DNA of 64,000 nt, from IMG/VR virus record IMGVR_UViG_3300025305_003938, positions 1 through 64,000 of that record; one strand, 5' to 3'. Below the pieces are notes generated by a model. The model was not told the DNA's origin. It saw only the letters and a list, made by a program, of their open reading frames with translations, and did no database searches. Of this stretch, positions 26,739 to 36,260 are shown piece by piece. Each line of letters begins with the position of its first letter. The stretch's first letter is position 1. The translations under genes were made by a program, and so were the position numbers. The stretch comes from a virus.

Positions 26739-27830
26739 TTGCGTAAAAAGAAGCTTAAAATTGGCCTTGTATCGGGTCATGATGAGAACATCTGGAGTAA
26801 CGGCCTCGTACAGAATGTTTGGAACCTATATAGGCTTTTAAAATTAGCTGGTTACAACGTACATTGCGTATCTCAGAGTAGTAAGATAGCCGGGAAGAGC
26901 CTCTTTGACGCAAAGATCAAACCTCTACTAATAGAAAATGCAAATCAATATGATCTCATTATTGAGATTGTCCACGGCCTCACAACTAAATTAGCAGACA
27001 GTTATGTTAAGAAGGGTGGCATAGTTGTTGGTGTACAGTATGGAAACAATCTCCTAATCCACACAGAAAATATGTTATTCAAGGACGATCTGCTTCCAAA
27101 GCATGAGACCAGAAGGTCCGAAATATGGACTAGCCCTCACTACGATTTTGCAGTTCCAGCATATGAAATTTTAGAGAAAATGCCAGTTAAGACATGTCCA
27201 TATGTTTGGGATTCAGATATATTTGATTTAGCATGCAAGAACAAAAAATATGATCCATTCTTCAAACAAGGGCAAGATATCAAAACATTTGCATCGTTCG
27301 AACCAAACATCAATATGGTGAAAACTAGTACAATTCCTATATTAATTGCTGAAAAGTACGCCGATATGACCGGTGATTATGACAAAGACGTTTATATATT
27401 TGGAGCTGAGAAACTTAAAGGAAATCCAACGTTTATCGATTTTATTCGCAAACTAGAATTACATAAAAAAAGAAAGATTTCTTTCGAAGGCCGTTGGCAC
27501 ACGCCCTTTGTAATGCATAAAGGTTTTGCGGACGTAATTATATCACATCAGTGGCAAAATCACTTAAATTACCTACAGTTAGAAGCAATGTATACAAATA
27601 GGCCATGTGTTCATAATAACCCTAGGCTTGCAGAATATGGGTCTTTTTATAATGAATTTGATGTTACTGAGGGCGCCTTGCAGTTGCAGAACGCTCTGGA
27701 GACTCATAATGAGAATTTTGAAGAGATATCAGAGATGAACAGAGAACGCCTTTGGCGGTTCAGTCCGATAAACAAAAAAAATGTACAGGGATATAGCGAA
27801 CTAATCGAGGAGCTGATGGATAAAAGATGA
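26739..27830 (+). CDS. DUF2827-like putative GT-B glycosyltransferase
   Basis: IWSNGLVQN, FEPNINMVKTSTIP, ISHQWQNHLNY. Confidence 0.75.
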   Translation: MRKKKLKIGLVSGHDENIWSNGLVQNVWNLYRLLKLAGYNVHCVSQSSKIAGKSLFDAKIKPLLIENANQYDLIIEIVHGLTTKLADSYVKKGGIVVGVQYGNNLLIHTENMLFKDDLLPKHETRRSEIWTSPHYDFAVPAYEILEKMPVKTCPYVWDSDIFDLACKNKKYDPFFKQGQDIKTFASFEPNINMVKTSTIPILIAEKYADMTGDYDKDVYIFGAEKLKGNPTFIDFIRKLELHKKRKISFEGRWHTPFVMHKGFADVIISHQWQNHLNYLQLEAMYTNRPCVHNNPRLAEYGSFYNEFDVTEGALQLQNALETHNENFEEISEMNRERLWRFSPINKKNVQGYSELIEELMDKR

Positions 27831-29068
27831 AAAATGTATTCACTAAAATACCAAGAACGGGTGTAATTTATGTTACACAAAGAGCCACGGCCGAAGGATT
27901 TTATCGCGGCCATCCGGAGTGGTGCAACTTGGGTCAAGGCCAACCGGAAATAGGAAAACTAGTAAATGGTGTCGATAGGATCGAAGAGATTAAAATAGAT
28001 CCATTGGATCATGAATATTCTCCAATAAGTGGCTTAAAGCCCCTCCGCCAAGCAATTGCAGATCAGTATAATGCACTATACAGAAAAGGTAAAAAGTCTA
28101 AATACACATATGAGAACGTCTCAGTCTGCCCCGGCGGCCGCGCGGCTTTAACAAGAGTAGTGGCATCGATAGGAAATATCAACCTAGGCCACTTCATCCC
28201 GGATTATACTGCCTATGAAGAACTCTTAGCTTCATTTAGGACGTTCAATACAATCCCTATATTATTAGATCCAGAGAATGGATATAATATATCGACACAG
28301 GATCTTAAAAAAGAGATTCACGGCAGGGGATTAGGCGCGCTGCTAGTTTCGAATCCCTGCAATCCAACAGGAAAAGTAATATCAGCTGATTCTTTAAACA
28401 AATGGATCGAGCTGGGTAGGGAATTTGATTGTGTTATGCTCATGGACGAGTTTTATAGTAGCTACATATATTCAGGCGCAAAAACAAATAAAACATTGAG
28501 TTCTGCGGCTTATGTAGAAGATATCAATTCAGATCCAGTCGTCATAATTGATGGAATGTCTAAAAACTGGAGATATCCAGGCTGGCGTGTTGCTTGGGCG
28601 ATTGGGCCCAAAAATATCATTAGTTCCATTAATAGTGCCGGCAGTTACTTGGATGGCGGCGCCGCAAGGCCTCTACAAAGAGCGTGCCTGCCACTATTCG
28701 AAGATAACAAGATAGCTGTAGAAACTGCAGCTATCCAAAACACCTTCCGGAAAAAGAGAAGAGTGCTCCTCGATGGATTACAGAATATTGGCGTTTTTTT
28801 CGAAAGAGAGCCCGAAGGAGCGTTTTACGCATGGGGTAACATATCAAACCTCCCATCTTCCATCAACACCGGCCAGAACTTCCTTGAGGCGTGCCTGAAA
28901 GAGAAGGTAATTGTGGTACCCGGAGAGTATTTTGATGTCAACCCGGGAAAGAGAAGAGACAACAAGTCTAGATTCGCCAATCACATACGTTTTTCTTTCG
29001 GACCATCTGAAGATGTGATCGAAGAAGCCATTGGAAGATTGGAAAAGGTAATTCAGAGAGAGGGATGA
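27827..29068 (+). CDS. PLP-dependent aminotransferase class I/II
   Basis: NLGQGQP, SNPCNPTG, DEFY, SKNWRYPGWRV, IRFSFG. Confidence 0.92.
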   Translation: MKNVFTKIPRTGVIYVTQRATAEGFYRGHPEWCNLGQGQPEIGKLVNGVDRIEEIKIDPLDHEYSPISGLKPLRQAIADQYNALYRKGKKSKYTYENVSVCPGGRAALTRVVASIGNINLGHFIPDYTAYEELLASFRTFNTIPILLDPENGYNISTQDLKKEIHGRGLGALLVSNPCNPTGKVISADSLNKWIELGREFDCVMLMDEFYSSYIYSGAKTNKTLSSAAYVEDINSDPVVIIDGMSKNWRYPGWRVAWAIGPKNIISSINSAGSYLDGGAARPLQRACLPLFEDNKIAVETAAIQNTFRKKRRVLLDGLQNIGVFFEREPEGAFYAWGNISNLPSSINTGQNFLEACLKEKVIVVPGEYFDVNPGKRRDNKSRFANHIRFSFGPSEDVIEEAIGRLEKVIQREG

Positions 29069-29156
29069 TGCTAGGTAAGATTTTCTTTACAACTGCATCT
29101 TTAATTGTTATTCTACTTTTAGCAACCATGCTGACAGATGAAGGAAGTCCCACCAG

Positions 29157-29405
29157 ATGGAAGAAGTAACTGAGCCAACACCCCACGTTGATGGGCCCCC
29201 ATGGACCATCGCCGCGCGCTTCGCAGAATTCGAAGAAGCTGATCGAAAGAGGAAAGAACTAGCCCAAGAGGAAGATCTGCAAGTAAAAGTGCACTATATG
29301 ACACCTTTGCGCAAAGATCCCTTCTTTGCCGTAAAGACAAGGATAGATCCAACTTCTCAGTTGACAACAACTAAAAATAAGAAGAACAAGAAAAGAAAAT
29401 CTTGA
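29157..29405 (+). CDS. hypothetical protein
   Basis: ORF track. Confidence 0.6.
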   Translation: MEEVTEPTPHVDGPPWTIAARFAEFEEADRKRKELAQEEDLQVKVHYMTPLRKDPFFAVKTRIDPTSQLTTTKNKKNKKRKS

Positions 29406-29430
29406 CAACTAGTCATTTAAGCGCTATTAT
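29402..29430 (+). promoter_or_regulatory. sigma70-type promoter, probably leaderless transcript
   Basis: TTGACA-17-TATTAT; ATG 6 nt downstream. Confidence 0.65.
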
Positions 29431-29436
29431 GGTGGC

Positions 29437-29961
29437 ATGATTCGTAGTGAGACTAGACGAGAGCGTTATAACGGAAAACTAGTCGATGCAAAGACGTACC
29501 CGATATCTCTTTGTGCCATCAATTTTATGTTCGATGACAACATTGGGTACTTGATCCGCGCCGCAGCCTGCTTTGGCGCCAAAAAATTGCATGTAATAGG
29601 CAGAATGCCCCTGAGAGGCGCTGTGAAAGCCACTAGCGGCAGTCTGTATGACTACGTAGATATTGAACCTCACAGTTCACCAACGGCATTCTTAGAGCGG
29701 ATGACAGAGGAAAATGTGCAATTAATTTGTGCGGAACTGGCTAATAGCGCCGTTTCCATTGAAAATTTCAATTTTTCCTATGAAAAAGAGATATGCATCG
29801 TCGTTGGTAACGAAACAACAGGAATTCCACCGGAGATTCTAAAGAAAAGTCAGAATATATTTATTCCAATGCCCGGTGTGGGATTTTGTTTGAATACTGC
29901 GCAAGCAGCGAACATCATGTTATACGAAACTGTTAAACAATATGAAAGGTTAAACAAATGA
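29437..29961 (+). CDS. SpoU/TrmH-family RNA methyltransferase
   Basis: NIGYLIRAAACFG, VGNETTGI, FIPMPG...LNTAQA. Confidence 0.92.
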   Translation: MIRSETRRERYNGKLVDAKTYPISLCAINFMFDDNIGYLIRAAACFGAKKLHVIGRMPLRGAVKATSGSLYDYVDIEPHSSPTAFLERMTEENVQLICAELANSAVSIENFNFSYEKEICIVVGNETTGIPPEILKKSQNIFIPMPGVGFCLNTAQAANIMLYETVKQYERLNK

Positions 29962-30185
29962 GTTTTAAAATTGAAAGAGTGGAGAATGGCTGGATGGCCA
30001 CCCAAAATGCAGATATGTGGGTTTTTCAGGACGAAGACGGAGAAGTCGAAGAGAGGCTATCTGAATCTGAAAGCCTAGGCCGAACGCTAGAATTTTTATT
30101 TTCTGATTTCTTGCAATCGAAAGAAAATGGTGGTATAGTCTTGGGACACACTAGCGAGAGTTTAGAAGTAAATGAAGAGTCTTAA
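29958..30185 (+). CDS. hypothetical protein
   Basis: FKIERVENGW; translationally coupled to neighbours. Confidence 0.65.
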   Translation: MSFKIERVENGWMATQNADMWVFQDEDGEVEERLSESESLGRTLEFLFSDFLQSKENGGIVLGHTSESLEVNEES

Positions 30186-30438
30186 GCTAATATTAATAGC
30201 AATGCTGTTTTCGACCGGTTGCGCGCATGGCGTGATATATCAATTGAGTTTCAGCGCTGTCCCCACTTTGTCTGGGAACTGCAATCATTCATTCCCGATT
30301 AAAGGGAACGATGGTAACTATGGTTTTATATACCACACACATGAGAGCCCCTACTATGATAGGGTGTTGGCCGAACAGTGTTTCGCCGACGAAGCTACTG
30401 CAAGAAAGTTGGGATATCGTAGATATAAGCACCCGTAG
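30172..30438 (+). CDS. small lipoprotein with thermonuclease-C-terminal/Ada-like domain
   Basis: STGC lipobox; IKGN...IYH...YY...E.CF..E..A..LGYR. Confidence 0.7.
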   Translation: MKSLKLILIAMLFSTGCAHGVIYQLSFSAVPTLSGNCNHSFPIKGNDGNYGFIYHTHESPYYDRVLAEQCFADEATARKLGYRRYKHP

Positions 30439-30506
30439 CTCAGTCTGGATAGAGCAACGGTTTTCTACACCGTTGGTCGCAGGTTCGAATCCTGCCGGGT
30501 GTGCCA
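30429..30506 (+). tRNA. tRNA-Arg(TCT)
   Basis: Cloverleaf; stem ACGGT/ACCGT, loop TTTCTAC; encoded CCA. Confidence 0.95.
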
Positions 30507-30522
30507 CCCTTCACTTTTCATT

Positions 30523-30861
30523 ATGATCAAACTAGAGAAAATCTTATTATTTACTATTTGTGTGATCCTCGCGATCATTCTTCGTGTTACTTGTGTGGGC
30601 GCCCAAGAAACTACAGCAAAACTTGATAAAGACACGTGCTTTGCATTATTTCAGCAAATCATAGAAACTCAGAATACTAGGCGAGCCTATCAGCTTGGAT
30701 TCGAAGAAACGCTCCTCCGCCACGAAGAAAACAAAATTTCGAAAGAGCAGTACGATGCTTACCTTACTACTTGGAAAGACAAGGAAAATGAGTTAAGAAC
30801 CAAGGTCACAGCGCTTTATAATCATGCATATGCCGGGAGCTGCTTCAACTATAAAAAGTAA
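30523..30861 (+). CDS. secreted/membrane-anchored hypothetical protein
   Basis: N-terminal hydrophobic helix. Confidence 0.65.
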   Translation: MIKLEKILLFTICVILAIILRVTCVGAQETTAKLDKDTCFALFQQIIETQNTRRAYQLGFEETLLRHEENKISKEQYDAYLTTWKDKENELRTKVTALYNHAYAGSCFNYKK

Positions 30862-30905
30862 TTTGAATTTTTCGAATACTATTATATTATGAGAAGGGGC
30901 CGCAT

Positions 30906-31160
30906 ATGAAAATCACAGAAAAAATAAAAAAAGAGATAATTCTTAAAGCCATGGCCGAGTTCGGAAGTGAACCCGACTGGTATATAAAAAATAGTTCAGA
31001 TATGGGCCTCACTCTCTACGCCGACTGCTGGGAAAACACAGATTTGTCTGGAAAACTAAGAATCGACTTGCCTGAAAGGTACCATGGATTAAGAACAGTG
31101 GTACTTCACAGAGAATCCCCGTCTTACGCGGAACCCGAAGGTAAAAAATTTACAATTTAG
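30906..31160 (+). CDS. hypothetical protein
   Basis: ORF track; SD AGGGG. Confidence 0.65.
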   Translation: MKITEKIKKEIILKAMAEFGSEPDWYIKNSSDMGLTLYADCWENTDLSGKLRIDLPERYHGLRTVVLHRESPSYAEPEGKKFTI

Positions 31161-31161
31161 T

Positions 31162-31190
31162 TTGACATATGCTTGGTTTGATCTTATAAT
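31162..31190 (+). promoter_or_regulatory. consensus sigma70 promoter
   Basis: TTGACA-17-TATAAT. Confidence 0.8.
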
Positions 31191-31206
31191 AAAGCAGAGG
31201 TTATAA

Positions 31207-31707
31207 ATGAGTAAAAAAACAATTGTGGTTAGTGGCGGTTTCGATCCGGTACATGTTGGCCATGTAAGAATGATTCGTGCAGCGGCCGAGTATGGAGATG
31301 TGATTGTTGTTATCAACAGTGACGACTGGCTCATGAGGAAAAAGGGTTATATCTTTATGCCATGGAATCAACGCCGCGAAATCATTGAATCGATAATTGG
31401 AGTACACGAAGTTGCAACTGTAGATGATACAGATGGCACTGTGTGCGAGGCGTTAAAAAGGCTGCAGCCGGCATTGTTTGGAAATGGTGGAGATCGTACA
31501 AATAAAAATACTCCGGAAATGCAAGTTTGTGAAGACTTGGACATCGATATGCTCTGGGCTCTAGGCGGTGACAAGGTTCAAAGTAGTTCTGTATTAGTTG
31601 CAGATGCTGTAGGCCTGCAGCCCTCCGTACATGAAGAAAATAGCTTGACAACTCCATCTGAATCCTATATACTAACACCAGAACATATGATTGGGGAAGA
31701 ACGATGA
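31207..31707 (+). CDS. cytidylyl/adenylyltransferase (TagD/RfaE-like HIGH family)
   Basis: SGGFDPVHVGH, INSD, NGGDR, KVQSSS. Confidence 0.9.
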   Translation: MSKKTIVVSGGFDPVHVGHVRMIRAAAEYGDVIVVINSDDWLMRKKGYIFMPWNQRREIIESIIGVHEVATVDDTDGTVCEALKRLQPALFGNGGDRTNKNTPEMQVCEDLDIDMLWALGGDKVQSSSVLVADAVGLQPSVHEENSLTTPSESYILTPEHMIGEER

Positions 31708-32060
31708 AATTTAATCTAGAAACTCAACCCGACGCCGGCGCCTATTTCATCAACTTTACACACGTGAAGGGTGGAAATTACTATCATGCGTATGTTAGGT
31801 TAGACGATGTGGTTTCCTGGGAATCGGAGATAGTAACATATGCAGATTCTGCAGAGAAGCGCTCCGCACATAGTAATGGTCAAGAAAACTGGGTTTTAAC
31901 CACGAATCACAGATCTTACAAAACGGTTCAAAATTTTAATGAAATTATGGACACGTGCAATTGGCACTCACCCCGAACGACATCGGTCGGCTCGCCCACT
32001 GGAAGATTAGATGATGTGACTGTTGCTAATAGAAAGGAATCCCATGGAAAACTTTCGTAG
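31704..32060 (+). CDS. hypothetical protein
   Basis: Promoter TTGACA-17-TATACT at 31645-31673. Confidence 0.65.
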   Translation: MKFNLETQPDAGAYFINFTHVKGGNYYHAYVRLDDVVSWESEIVTYADSAEKRSAHSNGQENWVLTTNHRSYKTVQNFNEIMDTCNWHSPRTTSVGSPTGRLDDVTVANRKESHGKLS

Positions 32061-32322
32061 TATCATATCGAGTTCATTAATGCGATTAAACAATTTTATC
32101 ATCATGTCTGCAGCTTGGTTGCTAATGTTTGCTATTGTTTCTTGTTACGTCGTTACAATGTCTGGAACAATCTCTTATATTTGTAATTCATATAAGATGG
32201 ACGGATATATGGATATTCGTTTTGGTATGACTGTGTTTGTGGCGATTGTTGGCCTAGTTTGGGTACCCTATTATATTAAGGATATCTCTAGATTCATCTT
32301 CGTACGAGATCACAGACAATAA
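32044..32322 (+). CDS. small two-TM membrane protein
   Basis: SD AAGGA; two hydrophobic helices. Confidence 0.65.
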   Translation: MENFRSIISSSLMRLNNFIIMSAAWLLMFAIVSCYVVTMSGTISYICNSYKMDGYMDIRFGMTVFVAIVGLVWVPYYIKDISRFIFVRDHRQ

Positions 32323-32323
32323 T

Positions 32324-32399
32324 AGGCAGGTAGCTCAGTTGGTAGAGCAGTGCCTTTACACGGCACCGGCCGCAGGTTCGAATCCTGTCCTGCCTACCA
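32324..32399 (+). tRNA. tRNA-Val(TAC)
   Basis: Stem GTGCC/GGCAC, loop TTTACAC; CCA. Confidence 0.95.
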
Positions 32400-32753
32400 T
32401 TAAATAATAGTTGTAGAAATTCCAGCTTTCTTTGCATCGATTTGAAGTTGCAAAGTTTCAGCATATTCTCTGAATACGTCTGATGTGTTGAGAGTGATTC
32501 TCATTTTATTAAGAATAAGTTGTGTTGTCGGCGGGTAGTAAGCTTTTTGCCGGCCAATCATTTGATTCAATTCTTGGACTTTATCGTGTGCGTAATAAAA
32601 TGCGCGCCCTGGTTCTCTAGTGTTAACGAAATCTAATCCGCGTTGTGCTTCTTCTAAGAAATCTAATATTCTTTTATTTTGCGCGTTCGTTGGTTCCGGC
32701 GCATTATCGAAAAATCTGAGATAACTAAAAAGGTTTTGAATGTTGTTGGCCAT
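32400..32753 (-). CDS. hypothetical helical protein
   Basis: Only ORF in the interval; purine-rich leader. Confidence 0.65.
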   Translation of the reverse strand: MANNIQNLFSYLRFFDNAPEPTNAQNKRILDFLEEAQRGLDFVNTREPGRAFYYAHDKVQELNQMIGRQKAYYPPTTQLILNKMRITLNTSDVFREYAETLQLQIDAKKAGISTTII

Positions 32754-32971
32754 ATTCTCTTGGTTTCCTTGTGTAGTCTAATTATTTTTAAAAAAAACAA
32801 ATAGCCGTTTTTTTCCCATCTTGTTGAATTATAACGGCATTATTTTTACAATGACATAAACGAAAAAAAAATAAAAGAGAATAGATTTTCATACGTCTAT
32901 GTAATGCGAGTGGTCCGTGTCTTTGCGGGCATGGGTACACTCATTTACCATAAATAAGGAGAAAATAAATT

Positions 32972-34624
32972 ATGGCTTTTGAATTAGGACAAGTAATTCA
33001 GGGACGCCACCTCGTAGCAGGTGACATGTCCGGTGAACTACAGGTATCCGCAGTAGGCGGACACAGCGGCGACCTTGATGCCGTTCTCGCTGGCTTGAAC
33101 AGCGACATTGAAGCAGAGGAAGTTGCTCGCGCAGCTGCCTTTGCAGCAGGTGAAGCAGCAACAAACGCTGGCTTTACATCCATGGGCGCTCGCGTCGATG
33201 CACACGAAGCTTCTGCTGACACTCGTATGGGTGCTGAAGAAGTTGCACGTGCTGCAGCCGACACATCTCTCACGACTCGTCTCGCAGCGGAAGAAGCGGC
33301 TCTCGCAGCAGAAATCGCAGCAACAGCAGCAGACTTCGTGTCTGCAGACGCTCGTTCCACAAGCGGCGAAGCAGCTCTCGCAGCTGAAATCGCAGCAACA
33401 GCAGCAGATTTCACATCCGCTGACCTCCGCGCTTCCAACGGTGAAGCAGCTCTCGCAGCAGAGATTGCAGCAACAGCAGCAGACTTCGTGTCTTCTGACG
33501 CGCGCGTTCTCGCTGACGAGGCTGCTCTCGCAGCTGAAATCGCTCGCGCAGGTGGTGTTGAGTCCTCTTTAGAGACTCGTCTCGCAGCTGAAGAAGCAGC
33601 TCTCGCAGCTGAAATCGTAGCAACGACAGCAGATTTCGTATCTGCAGACCTCCGCGCTTTCAACGGTGAAGCAGCTCTGACGGCCTACTCTGGCTCGCAG
33701 GCATCAGTCCGTGCTTACGATCAAGTAATCATCAGTGACCACTTCGCTGATGTATACGTAGCTATGGGTGCTCACGAAGTATCTGCTGACGCACGCATTG
33801 GCGCTGAAGAATCTGCCCGTGCAGCTTTCCAGACATCTTCTGATGCGCGCCTCAGCGCTGACGAGATTGCCTTGAACGCAGCTGACGCTTCCATTGAGAC
33901 TCGTCTCATTGCTGAAGAAGCAGCTCTCGCAGCTGAAATCGCAGCAACAAACGCTGATGTCACTTCTATCGATCTTGCAATTGCAGACGAAGTAGCCCTT
34001 CGCGGCGGAGCCGACGCGTCTCTCACGACTCGTCTCGCTGCAGCGGAAGCTAAAGAAGCAGCAGATTTCGTATCTGCAGACGCAGCTGCAGCAGCTGAGC
34101 ACGTAGCAGTAAGCGCAGCCTTCGCATCCGGTGACACTCGTCACGGTGTGGAAGAAGCAGCCCGAGCAGCAGGCGACTTATCTTTGGAAACAAAGATTGA
34201 CGCTGACATTGCAGCATTGGTTAACTCTGCTCCAGCACAGCTTGACACTCTCTTAGAGATTGCAAACTCTTTGAACAACGATGCTAACGCATTCAACACT
34301 CTCAATGGACTCATCTCCACCGAGAATGCTGGCCGTGTAGCAGCACTTGCTTCCGCAGACACTCGTCAGGGTGTAGAAGAGGCAGCACGCGCAGCAGCAG
34401 ACGCATCTCTCACGACTCGTCTCGCAGCAGCAGAAGCTGAAGAAGCAGCTGATATGATCAGCTCTGACGCACGCGTTCTTGCAGTAGAAGACACTGGTGT
34501 CCAGAAGGTTTCCTTCGACGACGCAGCTGGCATCTACAGCATGAGCTTCGGCGCAGGCAAGCCATCGATGGAAATGTCCCTCGACGGTGGTCAGATCAAG
34601 GTTGAGTTCAAGGTTGCTGTATAA
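32972..34624 (+). CDS. Ala-rich repeat coiled-coil fibre protein
   Basis: Repeats EAALAAEIAATAADFVSADAR and DASLTTRLAAEE; tail-fibre motif LVNSAPAQLDTLLEIANSLNND; SD AAGGAG. Confidence 0.8.
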   Translation: MAFELGQVIQGRHLVAGDMSGELQVSAVGGHSGDLDAVLAGLNSDIEAEEVARAAAFAAGEAATNAGFTSMGARVDAHEASADTRMGAEEVARAAADTSLTTRLAAEEAALAAEIAATAADFVSADARSTSGEAALAAEIAATAADFTSADLRASNGEAALAAEIAATAADFVSSDARVLADEAALAAEIARAGGVESSLETRLAAEEAALAAEIVATTADFVSADLRAFNGEAALTAYSGSQASVRAYDQVIISDHFADVYVAMGAHEVSADARIGAEESARAAFQTSSDARLSADEIALNAADASIETRLIAEEAALAAEIAATNADVTSIDLAIADEVALRGGADASLTTRLAAAEAKEAADFVSADAAAAAEHVAVSAAFASGDTRHGVEEAARAAGDLSLETKIDADIAALVNSAPAQLDTLLEIANSLNNDANAFNTLNGLISTENAGRVAALASADTRQGVEEAARAAADASLTTRLAAAEAEEAADMISSDARVLAVEDTGVQKVSFDDAAGIYSMSFGAGKPSMEMSLDGGQIKVEFKVAV

Positions 34625-34670
34625 TACAGCTTAGTTCTTGTGAACTACTTAATCTTTTAGATTAAAATTT

Positions 34671-34700
34671 GAAGGGGGTGGTCTTTAGGCCACCCCCTTC
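34671..34700. terminator. GC-rich hairpin downstream of the fibre gene
   Basis: GAAGGGGGTGGTC-TTTA-GGCCACCCCCTTC; weak U-tract. Confidence 0.7.
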
Positions 34701-34731
34701 ATCTATATAATATGAAACAATACAACGAAGG

Positions 34732-35349
34732 GTGTCAAAAATGAACAAAAACTATAAAAAGTTAATATTGAAATATCAATATCTCTTAGAAGAATTACAA
34801 GACACAGAAGACGATCTACAAACAGTTCAAACTCTCTTCAATAAAGAAATTGAAGATGATGAGCGTACATCAGCTTGGAACGATCATGCTGAAGAATTGA
34901 ACGAAAATGAAGCTGCAGAAGAAAAACAGGAAGCCTCTGACGATGACGATTGTGGCGACGATGAATCCATGGTACATCCAAAAATAATGAAAACAATATA
35001 TAGGAGATTGTCTAGAGTTTGCCACCCTGATATATCAGCTGATCCTAGCTCCGAAGCAACGTTCGTGGAGCTATCCGCTGCATATGCCGAACAAAATTAT
35101 CTTCTCATGCTAATATTGGCTATCGAACTAGATGTCAATATAGACGATCTTAAGAGGCAAATATCAAAAAAACACTTCAAACATTTTAAAAAATCGATAA
35201 ATAAGCTTGAAGAAAAAATATCCAAACATCAAGGTTCTTTCGCATGGATGTGGTATAACGAAGAAGATGAGAAAAAGAAAGAGGCGATCAAAGAACTGTT
35301 TTTGAGAACAATTGACAATATGAGACAAAAAGAAGGGAGATCGAAATAA
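34732..35349 (+). CDS. J-domain (DnaJ-like) protein
   Basis: KTIYRRLSRVCHPD...FVELSAAY. Confidence 0.8.
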   Translation: MSKMNKNYKKLILKYQYLLEELQDTEDDLQTVQTLFNKEIEDDERTSAWNDHAEELNENEAAEEKQEASDDDDCGDDESMVHPKIMKTIYRRLSRVCHPDISADPSSEATFVELSAAYAEQNYLLMLILAIELDVNIDDLKRQISKKHFKHFKKSINKLEEKISKHQGSFAWMWYNEEDEKKKEAIKELFLRTIDNMRQKEGRSK

Positions 35350-35801
35350 TGTCAGAAAACAATGAAATAGAAAATTACATCTTAAAGCATATGGAATATG
35401 TGGATGTAACTCTCACGGTCCGCGCCGACGACGCTAAATTGCTATGTCGTTCTGCTTTGGCCATGATGGTCAATAATTATGAAAAAGAGCATTCCAAATA
35501 TGCTGTAGCTATCAACAATCTACTAACTGAAGGAAATGCAAAACAAGTTGAAAAAAATATAGTGGAATATATTGCTTTTATTGATGAATATAGGGATTCT
35601 TTAGTTGAACTCGACCGCGCCGTAAAAGCGTATGTTGCAAGAGAAACAGCTGAAGTTTCTGCAAACTTCCCCCTAGACGAAAAAATTGATTTAGATGATT
35701 TTAACGCACAACTAGCGGAAGCTTCGAAAAAACAACAAGAAGAGATCAAGAAACATAATTCAAAAATTAAAAAATCAACAAAGAGAAAAACAAAGAAATA
35801 A
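35349..35801 (+). CDS. hypothetical protein
   Basis: ORF track; translationally coupled. Confidence 0.65.
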   Translation: MSENNEIENYILKHMEYVDVTLTVRADDAKLLCRSALAMMVNNYEKEHSKYAVAINNLLTEGNAKQVEKNIVEYIAFIDEYRDSLVELDRAVKAYVARETAEVSANFPLDEKIDLDDFNAQLAEASKKQQEEIKKHNSKIKKSTKRKTKK

Positions 35802-35823
35802 CACATAGATAGGAGTAAAAGAT

Positions 35824-36258
35824 ATGCCAGGAGGAAAAACAAATTCATCGCCAGTCGGTACAAGTTTCATATCACACAATGTAGGCCTTTATAACGTTGG
35901 GTCGTACCAAGTTAGTAGTGTACCATTCTTGTCGAGTTCGATAACTGCACAGGCGGATGGAGATATAATCGCCGTTGAATTCCCAAAGGTTACTAAATTC
36001 ATAGTAATAAGAAATCTACGGCCGGCGTCTCAAACATCAGCGCCACTTAGGTTTGGATTCTCAGAGAATGGGATCAACCGGGCAAATTATATAACCCTTT
36101 TTAACGACGAATCATTCACAGCCGATTACAAAGTTTCAAAGATGTATATACGTGCCGATCTTGCCGCAGCAGCAACTGCCTCTGTTTATGCAGGGTTAAC
36201 TGGAATTCCCGCAAGTCAACTTACGCACAACTGGACTGGATCCAAGGGTGTTGGGTAG
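35824..36258 (+). CDS. hypothetical beta-rich protein, possibly structural
   Basis: SD AGGAG; beta-strand pattern. Confidence 0.65.
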   Translation: MPGGKTNSSPVGTSFISHNVGLYNVGSYQVSSVPFLSSSITAQADGDIIAVEFPKVTKFIVIRNLRPASQTSAPLRFGFSENGINRANYITLFNDESFTADYKVSKMYIRADLAAAATASVYAGLTGIPASQLTHNWTGSKGVG

Positions 36259-36260
36259 AA

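Noticed and set aside
30429-30506. Possible amber (CTA) suppressor tRNA and TAG recoding
   Set aside because: The 5-bp stem places TCT at positions 34-36. TAG ends full-length conserved genes such as phoH and the epimerase, so code 11 fits.
32998-34362. Several long alternative-frame ORFs over the Ala-rich gene
   Set aside because: By-products of GCN-rich repeats that lack stop codons.
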